Assembly: GCA_963714885.1 (NCBI GenBank)
Contig: CAVQQV010000038.1
Coordinates: forward strand, 65,086 to 129,085
Origin: Candidatus Sulfomarinibacteraceae bacterium
GTDB lineage: Bacteria > Acidobacteriota > Thermoanaerobaculia > Thermoanaerobaculales > Sulfomarinibacteraceae
Direction: 5' to 3'
DNA: 64,000 bases
Shown here: in pieces, positions 60,134 through 64,000 of the stretch
Layout: each line of letters starts with the position of its first letter
How positions within the stretch are numbered: position 1 is the stretch's first letter
Notes under the pieces: generated by a model
Databases searched by the model: none
What the model was told of the DNA's origin: nothing
Seen by the model: only the letters and a program-made list of their open reading frames with translations
Made by a program: the position numbers and the translations under genes

Positions 60134-61090
60134 CCACCCGGCACGACCTTACGGTTGCGCCACATCTCGACGGTTTGCGTCTCGACAGCTGCATCGCGGA
60201 GCTGGTGCCCGAGTGGTCGCGGTCGCGCGCCCGCAAGCTCATCGACGGCGGCCACGTCACAGTCAACGGCGAAGCGGCCAGGCCCTCCCTCAAGGTCCGC
60301 GAGGGTGACCGATATTCTGGTTCTCGAACCGCCACCGGCGCCCCTCGACACCGAGCCCGAGGACATCCCCCTCGACATCGTGTCTCGAGGACGAGGATCT
60401 GCTGGTCATCAACAAACCCACCGGGTTGGTGATCCACCCCGCCGCCGGCAACCCGCAGGGGGACGCTGGTCAACGCTCTCCTCCACCACTGCACGGACCT
60501 CTCGGGGATCGGCGGCGTCGAGCGGCCCGGCATCGTCCACCGACTCGACAAGGAAACCACCGGGCTGCTGGTGGTGGCGAAGACCGACCGCGCCCATCTC
60601 GCGCTCTCTCTGGCTTTCAAAAAACGCGAGATCGCCAAGACCTATCTCGCGGTCTGCTACGGCGTTCCGGCCCGAGCGCGACGGCGTGATCGACGCCCCC
60701 ATCGACCGCCACCCGAAGGAACGTCAGCAGATGGCGGTGGTGGCAACGGGCCGCCCGGCCAGGACTCTCTATCACGTCGAGGAGGCCTTCGCCGACACCA
60801 GTCTCGTCAGCTGTCGGCTGATCACCGGGCGAACCCACCAGATCCGGGTCCACATGGCCCATCGCGGGCACGCCCTGGTGGGCGATCCCCTCTACTCCGG
60901 GCGACAGTGGCGCAACCTCTCCAACCCGGATGCGCAGATCGCCTGCCGGACCTTTCCCCGTCAGGCTCTGCACGCGTGGCGCCTCGGCTTCACCCACCCG
61001 GTGACCCGCGAGAACGTCGAGTTCGAGGCCCCGGTCCCCGACGACATGGTCGGGCTGATCGAAGTTCTGCGCGCTGCGGAGCTGATCTGA
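60130..61090 (+). pseudogene. rluD: RluA-family 23S rRNA pseudouridine synthase (RluD-like), about 4 frameshifts as assembled
   Basis: The S4 domain is [74 protein letters not shown] and [22 protein letters not shown] are distributed over all three frames. Shifts are near 60305, 60375, 60465 and 60675. Confidence 0.88.
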
Positions 61091-61094
61091 TCGT

Positions 61095-61162
61095 TGGCCA
61101 AGGCCCACCCTACTTCGGACCCTCAATTTGCGCGGACCCGTAGGGTGGGCTTCAGCCCACCT
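61095..61162. repeat. Nested-palindrome intergenic repeat, copy 2 (REP/MITE-like)
   Basis: The sequence is TTGGCCAAGGCCCACCCTACTTCGG...CCCGTAGGGTGGGCTTCAGCCCACC. The left 25 nt match copy 1 at 24 of 25 positions, and the right arm is shared. It lies between the convergent rluD and DUF2064 genes. Confidence 0.85.
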
Positions 61163-61822
61163 TCAGTGTCGTCCGGGTGCGGTCGGTGATTTCAATGCGC
61201 TCAGGAGCTGCTGGCGGAGGTCGGGTGTGACCCGAGGGTCGGCGAGGGCGGCGCGGAGATCGCCCTCGGTGTCGATGTCGTCAAGTGCGTCGATTTCGAC
61301 CCACGCGGCGCCGAGGCTCTCGAGTCTCTGCCGGGTTGCCGCCAGGGTGCGGCAACTCGACCAGGGTATGCCGGTGAACAGATCCACTCCGGGTCGCCGT
61401 TGCGCCACCATCCAATAGCCTCCGTCGGCGGCGGGACCCAGAACCACAGCTGCGTCCCGGAGGGCTTTCACAGCGCCTGTGAGGTGTTCCCGCCGCAGCA
61501 GCGGACAGTCCGACCCGACGATGACCACGCGATCAAAGCCATCGCCGAAACGCCGGTCGAAAGCATCCCGCATTCGCGCGCCCAGATCATCCCCTCGCTG
61601 CACTTCCCACCGCTGGGCGTGACCCGCTGTCCAGCCCGGCGACGGCGGCTCTGCGAACGACACCACCAGGTCAAAGCCCGCATCGGCCGCAACCGCCAGG
61701 GTGCGCTCGAGGAGGGCCGCATACACGGAGCAGGCGGCCGCCTCACCGATCGCCGCCGCCAGCCGGGTCTTGACTCGGCCCGGCACCGGTTCGCGCGCGA
61801 AAACCACCACCGCGGTCTTCAC
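61163..61822 (-). CDS. DUF2064-family transferase-like protein (TIGR04282-type, 'rSAM/selenodomain-associated transferase 1'-like)
   Basis: The GTG at 61822 overlaps the upstream stop (GTGA). KTAVVVFAREPVPGRVKTRLAAAIGEAAA..YAALLERTL and VVIVGSDCP.L are characteristic of DUF2064. Confidence 0.7.
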   Translation of the reverse strand: MKTAVVVFAREPVPGRVKTRLAAAIGEAAACSVYAALLERTLAVAADAGFDLVVSFAEPPSPGWTAGHAQRWEVQRGDDLGARMRDAFDRRFGDGFDRVVIVGSDCPLLRREHLTGAVKALRDAAVVLGPAADGGYWMVAQRRPGVDLFTGIPWSSCRTLAATRQRLESLGAAWVEIDALDDIDTEGDLRAALADPRVTPDLRQQLLSALKSPTAPGRH

Positions 61823-62516
61823 CGGGCGTTTCCGTACCACCGCGCCAGCGTCCCCGGCGGCACACCGAAGCGGAAGAGCCAAGGGAAGACGAGCATCATC
61901 AGCCGGGCGCGGACCGGGTAGGCGTCCGTGCGCCGTGCCGTCGTGCGGATCTCCAGCGGCAACCGGCGGATCCTCCCAACCTTGCGGCAGCTCGCGGGCG
62001 AACGCCAGGTCCTCCATCAACGGGATATCGGGGAAGCCGCCCACTCGATCAAAGACCTCGCGGCGCACCGCAAACGCCTGATCTCCATAGGGCAGCCGCA
62101 GGCCCCGCGAGCGGAGGTCGAGGGTCCGCAGCCAAATCCGTGTGGACTGGAGACGACCCGGCTTCCGGAGGACGGCTCGGTGTGCAGGCGGAAACATGCG
62201 AGCGAGATTCGCTGGGTCCGCGAGGGCGGTCGCAACGGCGTCGTGCCAACCGAGCGGCAAACGGCAGTCGGCGTGGAGAAAGAGAAGCCATTCGGCTTGG
62301 GTCGCCGCAGCTCCCCGGTCGAGCTGGCCTCCGCGCCCGGGTGGCCCCTCCACCACCAGAGCGCCCATCGATCGGGCGCGGCGCACCGTCTCGTCGGCGC
62401 TGCCGCCGTCCGAGACCACCACCTCGACGTCCCGGCGCTCGACCCACGGCCTGCAGACAGGACTCGATCGTCCGTTCTTCATTCAGGGTCGGGATGACGA
62501 CGCTCAGCTCCGGCAT
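61819..62516 (-). pseudogene. Family 2 glycosyltransferase (TIGR04283-like partner of DUF2064), at least 4 frameshifts as assembled
   Basis: MPELSVVIPTLNEERTIESCLQAV, VEVVVSDGGSADETV, WLLFLHADCRLP, LPYGDQAFAVRREVFDRVGGFPDIPLMEDLAFAREL and the tail VGRIRRLPLEIRTTARR...WYGNAR* lie in different frames. Confidence 0.7.
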
Positions 62517-62557
62517 GGGGCGCGATTGTATCCCGGGAATCCGTTATCATCCGGCCC

Positions 62558-62918
62558 ATGGAACCTATCGCTCCACTCACCGAGATTTCGTCAGAGGGTC
62601 TCTGTTTCACCTACAAGGAAGGGCCGTTCGACGAAGAGGGCATCCTTCTCAAGCTCTCCGATGGCCAGATCCGCGCCTACAAGAACGAGTGCCGCCACCT
62701 CCCCATGCGGCTCGACGACCGCGAACCGCGGGATTTCTGGGACCCGAGCAAGACCCACCTGGTGTGCAACTCGCACGGCGCCCGTTACCGTCCGGCCGAT
62801 GGCCTGTGTGTCAGTGGCCCTTGCGAGGGCTCGCACTCTGCGGCCGCTGCCGATCGTGGTCGAAGACGGCGTCGTCTATCTCGACACCTCGCAGGTGGGT
62901 GGATTTTTCGCAGTGTAA
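62558..62918 (+). CDS. Rieske (2Fe-2S) domain protein (one frameshift near 62830)
   Basis: CRHLPMRL (CxH) and CNSHGARY (CxxH) are present. The C-terminus LRPLPIVVEDGVVYLD lies in the 62142..62918 frame and ends at TAA 62916-62918. Confidence 0.8.
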
Positions 62919-62961
62919 TTCCCGTGGCCGGGAATCGGGGATTCCCGGCCACGGGAATTAC
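62915..62961. terminator. Perfect 22-bp-stem palindrome between convergent genes (putative bidirectional terminator)
   Basis: GTAATTCCCGTGGCCGGGAATC (62915-62936), a GGG loop, then GATTCCCGGCCACGGGAATTAC (62940-62961). The arms are exact reverse complements. They contain both stop codons (62916-62918 plus strand, 62958-60 minus strand). There is no U-tract. Confidence 0.55.
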
Positions 62962-63764
62962 ATGGAACGAACGAACTCGTCCATGCGGTCGAAGGCCTCG
63001 CCGATCGAACCCACGCTCCACAACAGTGGCTGGTAGGTGGTGATCGGATAGGAGGTGTCCTTGGCCTGCCAGGGGTCGAACGGCCGGATCTCCACCGCCC
63101 CCGACAGTGAATGTTCGAGCTCGCCAAAGCTCGACAGCAGTCCAGCGCCGTAGGCCCGCAACCCGCCGTCCTCGACCAGGACACCGTACTCGATGGTGAA
63201 CCAATAGAGAGTGGCCAGCTGCTCCACCTGTTGGTCGTTTGCGGTCAGCGACCCCTCACCGATCTTCTGCGAGAGATCGGCAAACTGGGGGATCGCGAGC
63301 ATCGGTGCGTGCCCCATCAGCTCGTGCACGATGTCGGGTTCGGGAGTGTAGAGGGGCTCGGAGTGGTGGCGGATGTACTGGGTCGCGCAGAAGACGCGCC
63401 GCGACAGGGCGCCGAGGAATTCCCGGGCCGAAACCAGCCCCGCCACCGGCTGCAGCGAGAACCCCGTCCGTTGGCTGAGAAACGCGCTCACGTCGGCGAG
63501 TTGGGGCACCTCGTCGGGGAGGTAGCCGATGGCGCCCGAAACCTCGAGAAAGTCGCGACAGGCGTGGGTCGGATACAGCGCCGTCAATTTTTCGAACACG
63601 GTCGACCAGGTCTCGCCCTCCGACTCCGTGTACTGGACCCGTTTGGGAGGTTCGCCCGATCCCAGGGGCGGCGCGAGGAGGGCGATCTCGTCCCTCCGGC
63701 GGCGGTAATCCGGGTCGCTGAACCCGGGATGGTCGGCCTCGAGCTCGACGATGTGATCGCGCAT
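62958..63764 (-). CDS. phhA: Phenylalanine-4-hydroxylase (monomeric bacterial type)
   Basis: DHPGFSDPDYRRRRDEIA, YTPEPDIVHELMGHAPML and LYWFTIEYGL-like are aromatic amino-acid hydroxylase iron-site motifs. ATG 63764 is preceded by GGAGG. The listed ORF starts at 63836. Confidence 0.9.
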   Translation of the reverse strand: MRDHIVELEADHPGFSDPDYRRRRDEIALLAPPLGSGEPPKRVQYTESEGETWSTVFEKLTALYPTHACRDFLEVSGAIGYLPDEVPQLADVSAFLSQRTGFSLQPVAGLVSAREFLGALSRRVFCATQYIRHHSEPLYTPEPDIVHELMGHAPMLAIPQFADLSQKIGEGSLTANDQQVEQLATLYWFTIEYGVLVEDGGLRAYGAGLLSSFGELEHSLSGAVEIRPFDPWQAKDTSYPITTYQPLLWSVGSIGEAFDRMDEFVRSM

Positions 63765-63893
63765 GGTCCTCCCCGTTTCGGTCTCCGTCAGCACTATGCC
63801 ACGCCGCCGAAACGGGTGCAAGGCAGTTCGCGGCAACCGATACCGACGCGATAACGGAAATTTTCGTTAATGTACGAGCCGGAGGACCGTTTC

Positions 63894-64000
63894 ATGGTTG
63901 ACGACGAAGATCAGGAGGAACCTGTGGAAGTAGCTCTCGCCAATCAACAAACGGACCCAGGCGGATGGCTCGAGACCATCTACCGCGAGCACTCGAGGAC
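63894..64000 (+). CDS. Hypothetical protein, N-terminal fragment (runs off the window end)
   Basis: ATG 63894 follows a GGAGGA 7 nt upstream. The frame is open to the window end (MVDDEDQEEPVEVALANQQTDPGGWLETIYREHSR). It is too short to assign. Confidence 0.4.
   Translation, partial: MVDDEDQEEPVEVALANQQTDPGGWLETIYREHSR

Noticed and set aside
2764-62830. The frameshifts as programmed ribosomal frameshifting or recoding sites.
   Set aside because: They are far too numerous, and they occur in gene families not known to use recoding. They lack slippery heptamers with downstream structures, and both +1 and -1 directions occur within single genes.
1-64000. A scan for tRNA, rRNA, tmRNA, RNase P or SRP RNA genes, and for prophage, transposon or defence-system genes.
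   Set aside because: All intergenic regions longer than 60 nt were read. None shows cloverleaf potential or the conserved cores of these RNAs. Every sizeable ORF is accounted for by housekeeping families or the few hypothetical proteins listed.

Overview
A GC-rich (~66%) chromosomal segment from a diderm bacterium. The lineage cannot be assigned from sequence alone. It is densely packed with housekeeping operons. In order: a RodZ tail, an LRV/HEAT-like repeat protein, a DnaJ-TPR protein, PP2C, gpmI and accA. Next comes an Lpt/RpoN/regulatory-PTS cluster (LptC/A-like, lptB, rpoN, hpf, ptsN, hprK, rapZ, EIIA-Man, ptsH, ptsI), then a cupin, miaB, a DUF151 nuclease and parAB. A 420-nt intergenic region with an AT-rich island and a 6S-like structured RNA candidate follows, then an apparent lptF-lptG fusion. 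On the minus strand are a serine hydrolase and a thioesterase; a four-helix-bundle gene (plus strand) follows, then scpAB (minus strand) and an exonuclease-like gene (plus strand). A seven-gene minus-strand operon then runs cDPG-synthetase-like P-loop enzyme, unknown membrane protein, cheW, mcp, cheA-REC, cheB, cheR-TPR. After guaA comes a nuoA-E-F-G-H-J-K-L-M-N cluster that lacks nuoB/C/D/I, followed by rex, a Ser/Thr kinase, a TPR protein and a glycosyltransferase. The window ends with a response regulator, ileS-lspA-lgt-rluD, a DUF2064/GT2 pair, a Rieske protein and phhA. I found no tRNA, rRNA, CRISPR array, transposase, integrase or phage genes. Three points stand out. (1) Three related arrays of tandem heptanucleotide repeats (ATTTCGG/GAATTMG) surround guaA and sit at the promoter of the cDPG-synthetase-like/che operon. 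(2) Two other repeat or palindrome classes sit between convergent genes. (3) About 45 +/-1 frameshifts, in clusters, break otherwise well-conserved and often essential genes. These look more like assembly indel errors than real pseudogenes. All functional calls come from reading motifs by eye in the translated ORFs; no database search was possible.
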